A stretch of DNA of 64,000 nt from Methanotrichaceae archaeon (GCA_963748825.1 CAVVKN010000006.1:96001-160000), one strand, 5' to 3'; positions 8,088 to 18,217 are shown, numbered from the stretch's first letter. Program-made: numbers and translations. The notes: generated by a model not told the origin, from the sequence alone.

Positions 8088-10034
8088 CTATCCCGCTCCG
8101 AAAACAAACCCCACTTCCTTCCACGCCTTCTCCAGCAGCTTCCCGTAATACCCGGCATCGAACACCGACGCCGTCCTCTCCGGCTCCACCTCCCACTTTT
8201 TGGCATCCTTTATCACGTAGCCTATCTCCATTCCCGGTGCCAGGGGAATCCCTTGCTTCAGGTGAGCCTGCACCGCCGAGGCTTCAGCACACCTGCGAGA
8301 ATAGCTCAGCCTGCTAACCCTGCGATGAATGGCCAGCTCCCGGACGTCAGCCTCTCCCAGTTCCGCCATGTACCTTCTGGCAACGCCTCGGGCCCTGGGC
8401 TCTATCCACTTCAGCTCCTCCCGGCTCCTCGCTTCACCCAGGACCTCGAACAGCTCTTTCTGCATGCGGAGCACATATTCGGGCGTGTCTCCCTTGCGGG
8501 CCATCACGCCCCGGATCTTCATCTTGCCCGTGTCCAGCCGCCCAAAGTAGCGGTTGTAGGCACCCGAACCGTCAGCCATGGGCAGGAAGGCGATCCAGTC
8601 GTAGGAGTCCACCTCCGTCAGGATGCCTGTCTCCCTCTCCACGGTCTCCTTGAAGCTCGCTATGGGCTCGCCTATAACCCATAAACAGTCCACAATGCCA
8701 TGCAGAACCTCAAAGTTAATGTCCTCAGCCAGTTCCTTGATCTGCATGAGCAGCTCCCTGGAGATGCCTGTGATCCTCTCATGCACCTGTATCTGGCCGA
8801 ACTTGGCGTTCCTGTAGCCGGTGTAGCCGAAACAGGTTACCAGCATCCATTTCAGGACCGAGTCTATGCCGGCGTAATCCGGGTTGGTCTTCTTCAGCCT
8901 CTTGGTCTCAATGCGCAAATTGAGCAGCGAGGAGAGCACGGTGCTGAGAAAGCCCTTCAGCTCCGGGTGTTCGATGGTTTCTGGGGAGAGGTTGTACTTC
9001 ACGATGATCGAGGGGTACAGGGAGGTGAAGTCGATCTGGTGGACCTTCTCGTACACGCCCGGTTCAGGCTGGAAGATCATGCCTCCCTTGTCGCAGGCCC
9101 TCAGCTCGGAGATATTCCTCAGGCCCTCTGCGTCCCGTTTCCGAAAGGGCACGGCCACGCCCCGACGCAGCGCCTCGAAGACCTCGTAGCTGGAGATGAG
9201 CGTGCCTGGAGTGAAGCGGGAGGTGAGATTCGGGGAGAGGCCGGAGAGCCGGGAGGCCATGAGGACGCCCTTCAGGCCGCTCTCGGCATAGACGAAGCTC
9301 TTGGAGGTGTCTATCAGCACCCTGCCCTCGGGGATGAGAGCGCCGTCCTTATGGTTGACTTTTCCATAGCTCCAATAGGATTTGGAGGCCATCGGCTTGA
9401 AGAAGCCAGTGCGGCTGATGGTCGGCTCCAGGCCGTACCTCCTGGCCTTGCGAACTATGAGCGGAATCCAGGTATCGGCATTGGGGCAGAGAATCAAATC
9501 CGGATCATGGGCCTTGATCAGCTCCAGGAGATCGGAGAGGACCTGTCTCTCAGATCCTTCCAGCCTCCGCTTGCGGCCATTGAGGACCTCGACACGGGAG
9601 ATCTCTCTAGGCATAGAAGGATCTCCGGCCACCTTAAGCTCAAGGCTGGTCAGAGGGATCTCAAAATCTGGCGAGAACCGGGACTCGTCTCTGTCTCCAC
9701 AGGGGAAGAGGTCGTGCTCGGCCATGTAGCGCTGGTCCTGGCGGACGTCCACGTTATAGAGCTCGACCTGATGGTGGGTTTGGATCTCGATCTTCTCGGC
9801 TACTTTGCGGCTGGCGTAGATTCTGTGGCCCTGGAAGGTGCCGAAGATGGTTCTGAAGCTGCACTCCTCCGCCTTGAAGCGGTTCTCCAGGGCCTCGATC
9901 ATCTCCCTGTGAGCAGAAGGGTCCTTGAGGTGCATGTAGAACGAGGGAGGATAGGCGGCGCTGGCTTTGGTTAGTCCTCTCTCCCGGCCCCACAGCTCCA
10001 CACAGCCCTTGTAGTAAGAGTCGAAAATCCACAT
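8088..10034 (-). CDS. polB2: Family B DNA polymerase, PolB2 group
   Basis: 648 aa; motif A DFTSLYPSII, motif B KWMLVTCFGY, altered motif C HGIVDCL (vs YGDTDS); no recognisable Exo motifs. Confidence 0.9.
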   Translation of the reverse strand: MWIFDSYYKGCVELWGRERGLTKASAAYPPSFYMHLKDPSAHREMIEALENRFKAEECSFRTIFGTFQGHRIYASRKVAEKIEIQTHHQVELYNVDVRQDQRYMAEHDLFPCGDRDESRFSPDFEIPLTSLELKVAGDPSMPREISRVEVLNGRKRRLEGSERQVLSDLLELIKAHDPDLILCPNADTWIPLIVRKARRYGLEPTISRTGFFKPMASKSYWSYGKVNHKDGALIPEGRVLIDTSKSFVYAESGLKGVLMASRLSGLSPNLTSRFTPGTLISSYEVFEALRRGVAVPFRKRDAEGLRNISELRACDKGGMIFQPEPGVYEKVHQIDFTSLYPSIIVKYNLSPETIEHPELKGFLSTVLSSLLNLRIETKRLKKTNPDYAGIDSVLKWMLVTCFGYTGYRNAKFGQIQVHERITGISRELLMQIKELAEDINFEVLHGIVDCLWVIGEPIASFKETVERETGILTEVDSYDWIAFLPMADGSGAYNRYFGRLDTGKMKIRGVMARKGDTPEYVLRMQKELFEVLGEARSREELKWIEPRARGVARRYMAELGEADVRELAIHRRVSRLSYSRRCAEASAVQAHLKQGIPLAPGMEIGYVIKDAKKWEVEPERTASVFDAGYYGKLLEKAWKEVGFVFGAG

Positions 10035-10038
10035 ATGT

Positions 10039-10272
10039 CTATTTTTCTCGCCCCATCTCTAGCTCCCTCAACAGCTCCACCAGCACCGAAAACACAGCCG
10101 CCTCCAGCGGGTCATCAAGTGCATAGAAAGCCTCACTGGAGTGCTTCTTGGCCATCTCTGCCACCTTTTGCCCGTAAACCTGGTCCTCCTTCTTCAGGGC
10201 CCGGCTGGCCTTCAGCCATCTGGCAGAGACATCCTTCACGCCCATCCTCACGCTCTCGAAACTTCGTCCCAT
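10039..10272 (-). CDS. Small helical PolB2-associated protein
   Basis: 77 aa MGRSFESVRMG...ALKKEDQ...AKKHSSEAF...DPLEAAVFSVLVE, directly upstream of polB2. Confidence 0.8.
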   Translation of the reverse strand: MGRSFESVRMGVKDVSARWLKASRALKKEDQVYGQKVAEMAKKHSSEAFYALDDPLEAAVFSVLVELLRELEMGREK

Positions 10273-10274
10273 AG

Positions 10275-10493
10275 CTACTCCCCCAGGCAGAACGTCGCCG
10301 GCCACCGCCCTTCCTCGCGCGCCTCGTGCCCGCTCTCCTCCAGCCTGCTTTTTATCATCTCTTCCACCTCTCCTGGCCGAGCGTGGAAGACCTCCGCCAG
10401 TATCTCCTTGGCCGTCTCCAGCTCCTGGGCTCTGACACTGATCGCCCGCCTGGGCTCAATCGGCCGGGCCTGCTGCTTCCAGGGCCACCTCAT
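10275..10493 (-). CDS. 72-aa hypothetical protein of the PolB2 operon
   Basis: ATGA overlap with the upstream gene; homologs at 18614-18853, 21008-21059, 41563-41608 and 43038-43171. Confidence 0.75.
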   Translation of the reverse strand: MRWPWKQQARPIEPRRAISVRAQELETAKEILAEVFHARPGEVEEMIKSRLEESGHEAREEGRWPATFCLGE

Positions 10494-11002
10494 GAGTAAG
10501 CCTCCAGCGTTCTCTGGTTCTCCCTCGCCCGCGGGTGGGCTTTGGCCACCAGCCGTGGAGTTTCACGGGGGCCTTCTTCAAAGTAGAACACCCGGTCGGC
10601 ATTCTGCACCAGGTCCTCGAAGAAAGGGTCAATCCCCGGGGCGTAGAGCAGCACGGCGGCCTCTTTTGCGGCATCGCTCAGTGCATGGGAGACGTACTCG
10701 GTCATCTCTCGGGCATCCTCGTAGAGGAGAGGGTCATGCTCGATGAGAATCAACGAATGATGGGCCTCCTCCAGGATGGTCATGAGCTGGAAGACGGTAA
10801 ATCCCCGGCGGATTTCCAGGACCTCAAACCTGCGGTCCAGCCTGGAAAGGATGGCGGAGGAGTTGCCGGTGACGTAGAGCACCTTGAACCGTTGCAGGTT
10901 AAGGTTGCGATTCAGGGCCTGGATGAACATCTCCCTGGGAGCCGTCAGGGCATTGAAGGACCGGGACCGGAGGGAGACCGTGGGAAGAAGCTCGAAGTCC
11001 AT
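10490..11002 (-). CDS. Inactivated RadA/RecA-like protein of the PolB2 operon
   Basis: 170 aa; IRRGFTVFQLMTILE resembles the RadA RAF..Q region; no Walker A; first gene of the operon. Confidence 0.7.
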   Translation of the reverse strand: MDFELLPTVSLRSRSFNALTAPREMFIQALNRNLNLQRFKVLYVTGNSSAILSRLDRRFEVLEIRRGFTVFQLMTILEEAHHSLILIEHDPLLYEDAREMTEYVSHALSDAAKEAAVLLYAPGIDPFFEDLVQNADRVFYFEEGPRETPRLVAKAHPRARENQRTLEAYS

Positions 11003-11021
11003 GCTTAAAGGCTGGAGCTAC

Positions 11022-11058
11022 GGGGATATGAGGGCGAGCCGGGAGCGGGGCGAAAGTG
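11022..11058 (-). promoter_or_regulatory. PolB2 operon promoter (CACTTTCG-N18-CTCATATC), probably leaderless
   Basis: Conserved with 352-390; weak TATA-like box about 22 nt before the ATG. Confidence 0.55.
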
Positions 11059-11215
11059 TATATGAATGCAGGTGGGGAAATATCAATTCACGCTCGGGGA
11101 GTTTTAGCCGTGTTGAGGCGTTAGGAGCGAAGAGAAAGATCACCTAAACACAAACGCCACACCCTATCATGCCTTCTCCAGTATAACAGTCGAAAAACCT
11201 CTTTTCACTAGATTC

Positions 11216-12604
11216 CTAAAGTGTGCCCTTTGGTGGCCCTGAGTCCTTCGTCTTCAGGACCAGCATGGCCTCTTTGATTGATTCCAGGTCCCTTTGCGCC
11301 TGCTCATGATAGAGCGGGTAGCTCTCCTCGGTGTAAATCTGAAGAGCATCCTGGCAGGACGAAAGCGCCATTTCCAAGTTTTTCTCCCCATCCAGAACGG
11401 CGGCCAAAGCCTGGTAGGCTTTCGCCAGGTTAATCTTCAGATTGGCATAGTCCAATGGGTACTCTTCCAGGTTGTACACCTGAAGCGCCTCCAAAGAAGC
11501 GGCGATTGACTTTTCCAGGCTCTCCTCGGGATCAATAATCTCAGATTGCAGCAGGTAGACATAGCCCAGATTGACCTGGACGGTGGCCCGAGCGAGAGGG
11601 TACTTGTCCGAATCGAAAATCTTGAGGGCCTCCGTGTAGGAGATAAGTGCCCTGTTCAGGTTCGCCTCCCGATCCCTGGCCTCGGAGAGGTAGGTGTATG
11701 AGATGCCCAGGTTGATTTGGATATCGGCATAATCGCGAGGATATGTCTCCAGGGTTCTAATCTCCAGGGCCTTCTGGTAGGCCAGGATAGACAGGTTCAG
11801 GTTCGCCTCCCGATCTCTGACCTCCGAGAGAATCTGATAGGCGCTGCCGAGGTTATACTGAATGTTCGCAAAATCCTCAGGGTATCTCTCCAGAGTGTAT
11901 ATTTTAAGCGCCTCGCCATAGGCCTGCACGGATCTGTTGAGGTTATGCTCCTTGTTCCTCACCTCAGAAAGGAGCTGGTAGGCGCTTCCCAGGTTGTTCT
12001 GAACAGAGGCATGTTCTATTGGATGACTTTTTGGATCGAGAGCTGAAAGGGCATGCAGGAAATGATCAATGGCAAGGTCCAGGTTCGCCTGCTTTTCCCT
12101 CACATCTGCTAGGTACATGTAGGCTTTCCCGAGGTCGTTTTCACAATTCGCATGCTCTGCAGACATTACCTTCTGCCCATGGCCTGAGAAGGCATCAAGC
12201 GCATCCTCATAGCAGAATATGGATTTCCGCATATTTAGTTCAGTATCGCGAATGCTGGACAGAAAGCAGTAGGCGTTTCCCATTGTCTGGTACAATTTGC
12301 CATATCCTATAGGTGCTCTGGATTTCAGGTTTGGCTCCTGTTTAAGTGCCTCTTCGCAAAATTTTATGGATTCCTCATACTCTCCAGATTCAAGAAGGAA
12401 GTTCGCACGCTCTATAAGAGAAGCCATCTGTTCCTCTAGCTTCTGTTTATCTGCATCCTGCGAGTTCATGATCATCGTCTGATTTAGCAAGATGCCGCCT
12501 ATCAACGAAGTGATTAGGCCTATCCAGAAAGCGTTGCCCGCAACCTTTCTTCTGGTCTGGAGCAGATATGATGAAAGCTTAAGGATCTCTTCCCAGGCAA
12601 GCAT
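11216..12604 (-). CDS. Membrane-anchored TPR-repeat protein
   Basis: N-terminal TM helix; about 47-aa repeats YPxDyAxIQxNLGxAYxxLSEvRDrEaNLnxaixaYxeAL. Confidence 0.9.
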   Translation of the reverse strand: MLAWEEILKLSSYLLQTRRKVAGNAFWIGLITSLIGGILLNQTMIMNSQDADKQKLEEQMASLIERANFLLESGEYEESIKFCEEALKQEPNLKSRAPIGYGKLYQTMGNAYCFLSSIRDTELNMRKSIFCYEDALDAFSGHGQKVMSAEHANCENDLGKAYMYLADVREKQANLDLAIDHFLHALSALDPKSHPIEHASVQNNLGSAYQLLSEVRNKEHNLNRSVQAYGEALKIYTLERYPEDFANIQYNLGSAYQILSEVRDREANLNLSILAYQKALEIRTLETYPRDYADIQINLGISYTYLSEARDREANLNRALISYTEALKIFDSDKYPLARATVQVNLGYVYLLQSEIIDPEESLEKSIAASLEALQVYNLEEYPLDYANLKINLAKAYQALAAVLDGEKNLEMALSSCQDALQIYTEESYPLYHEQAQRDLESIKEAMLVLKTKDSGPPKGTL

Positions 12605-12814
12605 GGTTTCCTACAGGCACATTTTTATTATCATGATCATTCTTGATGAAACTATATAATTTTTAGCTTGAGGAGGAGGCAAAATATTAAATACATTTAA
12701 TCAAAAAAATTGCAAGATATCACTTTATACTTTGGGGCAGCCCATTTCAGAGGATTCCAATTAACTTCTAATTTTACTACATCTTTATAAATTATATATA
12801 TGATATACTCTGAT

Positions 12815-13171
12815 TTAGCCCATTTTGGATGGATTTTTGGAAGGCTTCTTCGTAGTTCCCTTCAATGGTCGCTTCTTGCAAGGCCGTCCTGCTAAACCGA
12901 ACATCAGCGTCAAAACTCCTTCTTCAGAATATTCCCACTTAAAACTCTCATCCCCCAGATCTGTCTCCACAGGAAACGACATATCCCAAGGCTCCAATCC
13001 TGGCCCGCTAATGCAGAGGCCAGTAGGATATTGCATGAGTTCAAGATCTTCCAAATTAAAGCCTGGAAGGTCCAGTTGGACTATGTATTCCCCCTCCGTG
13101 CAATATTTTCTGATAATCTTTATTTTCTTGAGCTTTTTAACAATCCTTTTCACTTTTTCAGCCTCGGCCAT
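12815..13171 (-). CDS. Hsp20/alpha-crystallin-like protein
   Basis: YIVQLDLPGFNLEDLEL...YSEEGVLTL. Confidence 0.65.
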   Translation of the reverse strand: MAEAEKVKRIVKKLKKIKIIRKYCTEGEYIVQLDLPGFNLEDLELMQYPTGLCISGPGLEPWDMSFPVETDLGDESFKWEYSEEGVLTLMFGLAGRPCKKRPLKGTTKKPSKNPSKMG

Positions 13172-13224
13172 AGAAACACCATGATTGTATATGATATTCC
13201 CTTTAAAGCTTTTTTGTCTTAGAA

Positions 13225-15282
13225 CCCATCTTCGTCAGATTCAAACCAAAAACGCTAGCTATAAAACCTACGCTTTTTTAAGGTCTGTTCTACATCCCCT
13301 CCGCACCGATTGATCTCAAGTAGCTACTCTGTGCTAGATAGCTACAATTAAATAGTTCCATTATTCTCTTTTGATCAGATGTTAGAGGCATGAGTCTTAT
13401 TCCGCTGCGGTTTGTACCATTTATACTCACTTTCCCCAGTTCGCATCTACTCAGTGTTTTGTGAACTTTTCTCGCGCTGCCAACCTCATCGATCGGTCTT
13501 TCTCTGAGCTTGTTTGTGATGGTCATATCCAACAAATAGGATAGGATGCATATCGTGTAGTGAGCGCGAACATGCTCGTCGGTGTAGACAAAAGTCGGCT
13601 GGAACTTAAGAAATGATTTAACTTCTTTAAACGCCTCTTCGATTTGATTCTTGCCCCGATAAGCAGAAATGAGTTCCTCCGGACCAAGCCGACACTCTTC
13701 AGGTCCTACAGTGTCGGAGATGTTTGTAACGATCATCCAGATTCCATCCCTCAGTTGAGCCTTTTGAATATCGTTTGTCTTTCTCCAGTATTCGAGGTTA
13801 AAACTCGATACTTGTGAGTTATTTTTCCCATCAAGATTTTCATTTTCAAGGCTGTATCCCACATAACTTCTCATCTTTAGCTTCTCAAGTTTTTCATCGA
13901 TCCTCTGTTCGGTAGGCTTCAGCCTCCTGCTTTTCTTTGCGTTCAGAAGTTCTTCTTTTTCCTTCTTCAGATCCTCAAACGCTATTTCGATGAGCTTTTG
14001 CCTTGTCTTTCGCTGCGCCCTAAGAAGATCCAAATTGAAGACCAATACATGGCGCCTGCCACTGCAATCCACTCCCAGATCTTCATAGTATGTGGAATCG
14101 TCATATCTGGACAGACCCTTCGAAACAATCTCCTCTTTTGTAGTATCCTCTGAAAAACTCTCGAACCTCCCCAGGTTGGCGCCATCGATTCCAGCAAGCT
14201 GGTCCTTGTCCAACGCGGTGATGTAAAGATAATTGTCGCTCTCCTCTAGATACCGGAGATTTTCGTCAGAGACCATTCCGCGATCAAAAACCATGATGAG
14301 TCTCGGAAACTTGAACCGTTGCATCCACCGGATGGCGTTTCCCTTTAGCGTTCTGACATCGGATGTGTAATCCTCAAGGATGTCCCAGGAAAACGGATAT
14401 CCTTCAGAGTTGACGAGCAGGGAAAGAATAATCCGCTTTTCCTTGAATCCATGGGCCTTAGTTCGACCTGGTTTCGCAAGCGAACACTCTTGCCCCTCAA
14501 AATATGAGTCAGAGAGATCGAAAAAGATAATTCGCATGCTTTCTTCGGATCGGTCCATCAGCTTCTGGTAAAGCCACTGCTCAATCGCTTCCTTTTGCTG
14601 CTCAATCGCGGTGAGTTCTCGATAAATCCGGGATTCGTTGAAATACCCCCCATCTATCCCGATAATGCTGTCACAAGCAGTTGTTCCAAGCCATTCCACT
14701 GCAGATAAATAACTTCCAGGGTCTAGGCATCTGTAAATAGTGAGAATTTTGGCTACATCGGCAGTAGAAATTCCCTTCCTCCGGGTTTTGCTTGTCTCTT
14801 CGGGTAACGGGAATATACTCGATAGACCCCATTCTTTATCCCATAAATGGTTCAGAAAAGCCACATCAAGATAACGCCAATGGTCTTCGAAGAGCAGTTC
14901 ATCAAGTGAGACAACAAATGTGTCTGCGGATTGTGTAATTTTTAGGGCATTGCGTATCTGCTGAGCTTGCTGCGGTGTGAGACATCCAAGATAAGATAGC
15001 ACTTTCTTTTTATTCTTTCCATCCTCTCGATAGGACTCTGCAATGGAATAGTACGTGTAAGTTTTTTCGTCCTTCTTCCGTGAGTGTGATTGTAGGTACA
15101 TGGTCTGTTCTCACTTATTGGTTTGTAACAGCATGTATAAATGCTTTTCTGTTAAAAGTCTGTTCTACAAAATTTTTTTTAATGATTATTTTTTAAAAGA
15201 GAATTCGATAGCTTCAAAGACATTGGGCGGCTATTAAAACACAAAAAATTAGTAATCTACGCGGGAATCTGGAGAACATGGG
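13225..15282 (-). mobile_element. IS1634-family insertion sequence
   Basis: TIRs CCCATCTTCGTCAGATTC / CCCATGTTCTCCAGATTC (15/18); 6-bp target duplication TTAGAA at 13219-13224 and 15283-15288. Confidence 0.9.
13290..15101 (-). CDS. IS1634-family DDE transposase
   Basis: 603 aa; FFDLSDSYFEG, VFDRGM, YRGKNQIEEAFKEVKS, HVRAHYTICILSY. Confidence 0.92.
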   Translation of the reverse strand: MYLQSHSRKKDEKTYTYYSIAESYREDGKNKKKVLSYLGCLTPQQAQQIRNALKITQSADTFVVSLDELLFEDHWRYLDVAFLNHLWDKEWGLSSIFPLPEETSKTRRKGISTADVAKILTIYRCLDPGSYLSAVEWLGTTACDSIIGIDGGYFNESRIYRELTAIEQQKEAIEQWLYQKLMDRSEESMRIIFFDLSDSYFEGQECSLAKPGRTKAHGFKEKRIILSLLVNSEGYPFSWDILEDYTSDVRTLKGNAIRWMQRFKFPRLIMVFDRGMVSDENLRYLEESDNYLYITALDKDQLAGIDGANLGRFESFSEDTTKEEIVSKGLSRYDDSTYYEDLGVDCSGRRHVLVFNLDLLRAQRKTRQKLIEIAFEDLKKEKEELLNAKKSRRLKPTEQRIDEKLEKLKMRSYVGYSLENENLDGKNNSQVSSFNLEYWRKTNDIQKAQLRDGIWMIVTNISDTVGPEECRLGPEELISAYRGKNQIEEAFKEVKSFLKFQPTFVYTDEHVRAHYTICILSYLLDMTITNKLRERPIDEVGSARKVHKTLSRCELGKVSINGTNRSGIRLMPLTSDQKRIMELFNCSYLAQSSYLRSIGAEGM

Positions 15283-15288
15283 TTAGAA

Positions 15289-16017
15289 GGACGAGCTTGT
15301 GGCGAGAGGCTGACTATGGAGTACGGGAAGGGCTTTCGCCGCAGCAATGTGTTTCACATGATCCGTTTTGCCGAGGTCTTCGATGATGCCAGGATAGTCC
15401 AGACACTGTCTGGACTGTTGCCTTGGTCCCATTTCATCGAAATCATTTATCAGAAGGACCCTCTGCAGCGCCAGTTTTACGCCGAGATGGCCGGGGTGGA
15501 ACGCTGGAGCGTGCGAACGCTGCGCCAGAAGATCCAGGGCATGCTTTACGAGCGCACTGCCATCTCCCGCAAGCCGGAGGTGCTGGCCAGGCAGGAGCTG
15601 GAGAGGTTCCTGCTGGAGCTGGGCACAGACTTCTCCTTCATAGCCCGTCAGAAGCGCATGACCATGGGCGACCGGGACTTCTACCTCGACCTGCTTTTCT
15701 ACCACCGCAGCCTGCGCCGATTGGTGGCCATTGAGCTGAAGCTGGGCAGCTTCGATCCAGCCAACAAGGGCCAGATGGAGCTCTATTTGCGCTGGCTGGA
15801 CAGGTATGAGCGCCGGCCGGGAGAGGATATGCCCATAGGACTGATCCTGTGTGGCGAGAAGAACCGGGAGCAGATAGAGCTGTTGCAGCTTGATCGGGGC
15901 GAGATCAGGGTGGCCGAGTACCTGGTGGAGCTGCCGCCCAGGGAGATGCTGGAGGCGAAGCTGCATGAGGCCATACGGCTGGCGAGAGGGCAGGTGGAAA
16001 GGGGCGTAGAGAGCTGA
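15289..16017 (+). pseudogene. YhcG/DUF1016 PD-(D/E)XK nuclease, 5'-truncated with an internal deletion
   Basis: LPWSHFIEI, FYLDLLFYHRSLRRLVAIELK, GQMELYL, PIGLILC; lacks the DPY.LDFL segment between ARQEL and ERFLLELG. Confidence 0.75.
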
Positions 16018-16571
16018 AGGAGGATGCCTGAGCCCTGTAGTCAAGGCCAGGCTGTGCGATGGAAACGCCCTTCAGGAGGTTCTTGCAGTTTCCTGGCCTG
16101 CGCCCCCTCAGGATTACTGACGGCATCGGTCTCCCGCCGCCGGGTGTCATGTTTTTGGGAACTACTGAACCCGTTTCTAAGAGACGCCACGTGAGTTCTA
16201 CTTAGAGTAACTCAATAATCAGGTCTATAAAGATGAACATGAATTGAGTACTAGAAGTAATTGAGGAGGAACGCAATTGATTAACAAATTTGTTTTAACC
16301 GGAATATTGTTTTGCCTTCTACTACTGCCTTGCGCTTACGGTTTAAGTGAAAGGATGAATTTAAATTATTATATTGACCATCTAAATGATGATAATCTAA
16401 CTCGAATAGAAGCTATAACCCATATAGGCGACCTAGGTGACGTTCGAGGTACAGATGCATTAATTATTTCTCTTCGATCGGACGGAGATTGGAGGGTTAG
16501 GTCTGCCGCTGCAAGAACTCTTGGGAAGATTAGCGATAAAAACGCAGTTGAGCCTTTGATCTATTCACTTA

Positions 16572-17878
16572 GGGGTTGACGCAAAATAATTTACCTAAAA
16601 GTTCTTGATTCCGGCAAGGTTACACGCGGCTTAATTGAATAATTCCAATTAGGATGTAATTCATGAAATATAATTTTTAGTTCTGCCATATCTTCATCCG
16701 AGATCCTTTTTCCTTTTTCATAGTCTCTTTCATCCAAGCGAGCCTCTACTTTAAGTCCTTTCTTTGTCTTGGTTGCACCGATTAGCTTGATAATCGTTTC
16801 ATAGCTGGCCAACGGCTTTCCACGCCAATTCATGCTTATGAATGAGAACATGCAATGCTCAATCTTATTCCATTTGCTTGTTCCCGGCGGAAAATGACAG
16901 ACTGTTATTGTCACTCCAATTTTGTCCGCCAAATCCTGCAAAAAGAATTTCCAGCTTCTGTTTCGGCTTCCATTGCTTCCCCCTCCATCCGCACAGATAA
17001 GCAAATTTTTACATTCTACATAATTGTATTTTCCAATCATATTCCACCATTGTCGGATGCTTTCAACGGCGAACTCCGCAGTGTTATAGCTCTTGCCCAC
17101 ATTAACCAAGCCATCATTTCGTTTGAGATCATAAATTCCATAAGGTATCGCAGAGCCTATCGCTAACGATGGAAAATCATACACATTTACCTCTTCGGGA
17201 TCGCCTATTTGCCTCCAAGTTCTACCTGAGTTCTTAAAATCGCCAATGCTCTCTTTTTTCTTTGCGTCTACAGAAATTACAGGATCGCCATTATCTATGA
17301 ATTTGGCTGCCTGTGTATTAATATAACGAAACTGACTATCTCTCTCAGGAACTGATTTGCCTTCTAATGTTTTTTTATTGGCTTGAAGCGAATAGCCACT
17401 TTCTTTCAAGAGACGTCCTACCGTATCGTGGCTCACATCATGCCCTTTTAACTGTAGCTCTTCGGCTATGGCATAGGTCGATTTATATGTCCATTTAAGA
17501 AGGCTCATTGGATCGCCTGCCGTGCTTTCTTTCATGAGATCTTCCAGGTCACTCATAAGAGATGGGTCCGTGTTTTTAGCCTTCTTCCGTCCGCCACCTG
17601 GCTTGCGGAGCCTCTCCGGCGGCTTCAATTCATCTTCGTTCTCAAGCTCTTGAACGCCCTTATCGATGGTCTTTCTGGATAATCCAGTTATGGCAGAGAC
17701 TTTTGAGACACCACCCCGACCGATCTCAAGGGCTTTGGCCGCTGCAAATCGCCTTGCTTGGACGGAATCAGCACCTGACATAGCTTTTAAAAAGGGTCCA
17801 TATTTAGCATCGTCATCCATAATTATAAAGACAACGTTCTACAATATAAGTTTGTGCATTTTATTCTGCGTCAACTCC
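16572..17878 (-). mobile_element. ISAzo13-family insertion sequence
   Basis: TIRs GGGGTTGACGCAAAATAA / GGAGTTGACGCAGAATAA (16/18); 3-bp TTA duplication at 16569-16571 and 17879-17881. Confidence 0.9.
16591..17820 (-). CDS. ISAzo13-family transposase
   Basis: GGGRK, PVISVDAKKKE, ADGGGSNG, HFPPGTSKWNKIEH. Confidence 0.95.
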   Translation of the reverse strand: MDDDAKYGPFLKAMSGADSVQARRFAAAKALEIGRGGVSKVSAITGLSRKTIDKGVQELENEDELKPPERLRKPGGGRKKAKNTDPSLMSDLEDLMKESTAGDPMSLLKWTYKSTYAIAEELQLKGHDVSHDTVGRLLKESGYSLQANKKTLEGKSVPERDSQFRYINTQAAKFIDNGDPVISVDAKKKESIGDFKNSGRTWRQIGDPEEVNVYDFPSLAIGSAIPYGIYDLKRNDGLVNVGKSYNTAEFAVESIRQWWNMIGKYNYVECKNLLICADGGGSNGSRNRSWKFFLQDLADKIGVTITVCHFPPGTSKWNKIEHCMFSFISMNWRGKPLASYETIIKLIGATKTKKGLKVEARLDERDYEKGKRISDEDMAELKIIFHELHPNWNYSIKPRVTLPESRTFR

Positions 17879-18217
17879 TTAGTTCGGATACGAACGAATA
17901 TGTCAGATCGGATGCCGCTTGGGCTCTTGGGGCTCTTAATAGTACCAAAGCCATAGGTCCCTTGACAGAAGCACTTAAGGATGTAGATCCCAGCGTTAGA
18001 TCTTCGGCCGCATATGCATTGGGAAAATTCAGCGCTGGAAGAGAAGCTTTGCTTAATTCTCTCAACGACGAAGATGCTAACGTGCGACTTGCTGCCAATT
18101 GGTCTTTAGAGAGAGTTAATCAAACATCCAGCTCAGAATAACTTTCACCTCTGTCAAGGGGAGCTTATGCCCCCTCTTTTTAGTTTCACCATTGCAGCGA
18201 AAGCACATCCTAGCTTG

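Larger units (their letters stand above)
16277..18141 (+). pseudogene. Secreted HEAT-repeat protein interrupted by ISAzo13
   Basis: HEAT repeats on both sides; removing the IS restores the frame ...LIYSL|SSDTNEYVRSDAAW. Confidence 0.85.

Noticed and set aside
8700-9974. 424-aa plus-strand ORF
   Set aside because: Antisense shadow of the GC-rich polB2; no motifs.
8088-11058. Casposon or pipolin interpretation of the PolB
   Set aside because: No Cas1, integrase, TIRs or protein-priming insertions seen; motifs and operon fit PolB2.
11590-12100. About 141-bp periodic DNA repeats
   Set aside because: Explained by the TPR protein repeats; not a separate element or a DGR template (no RT in the window).
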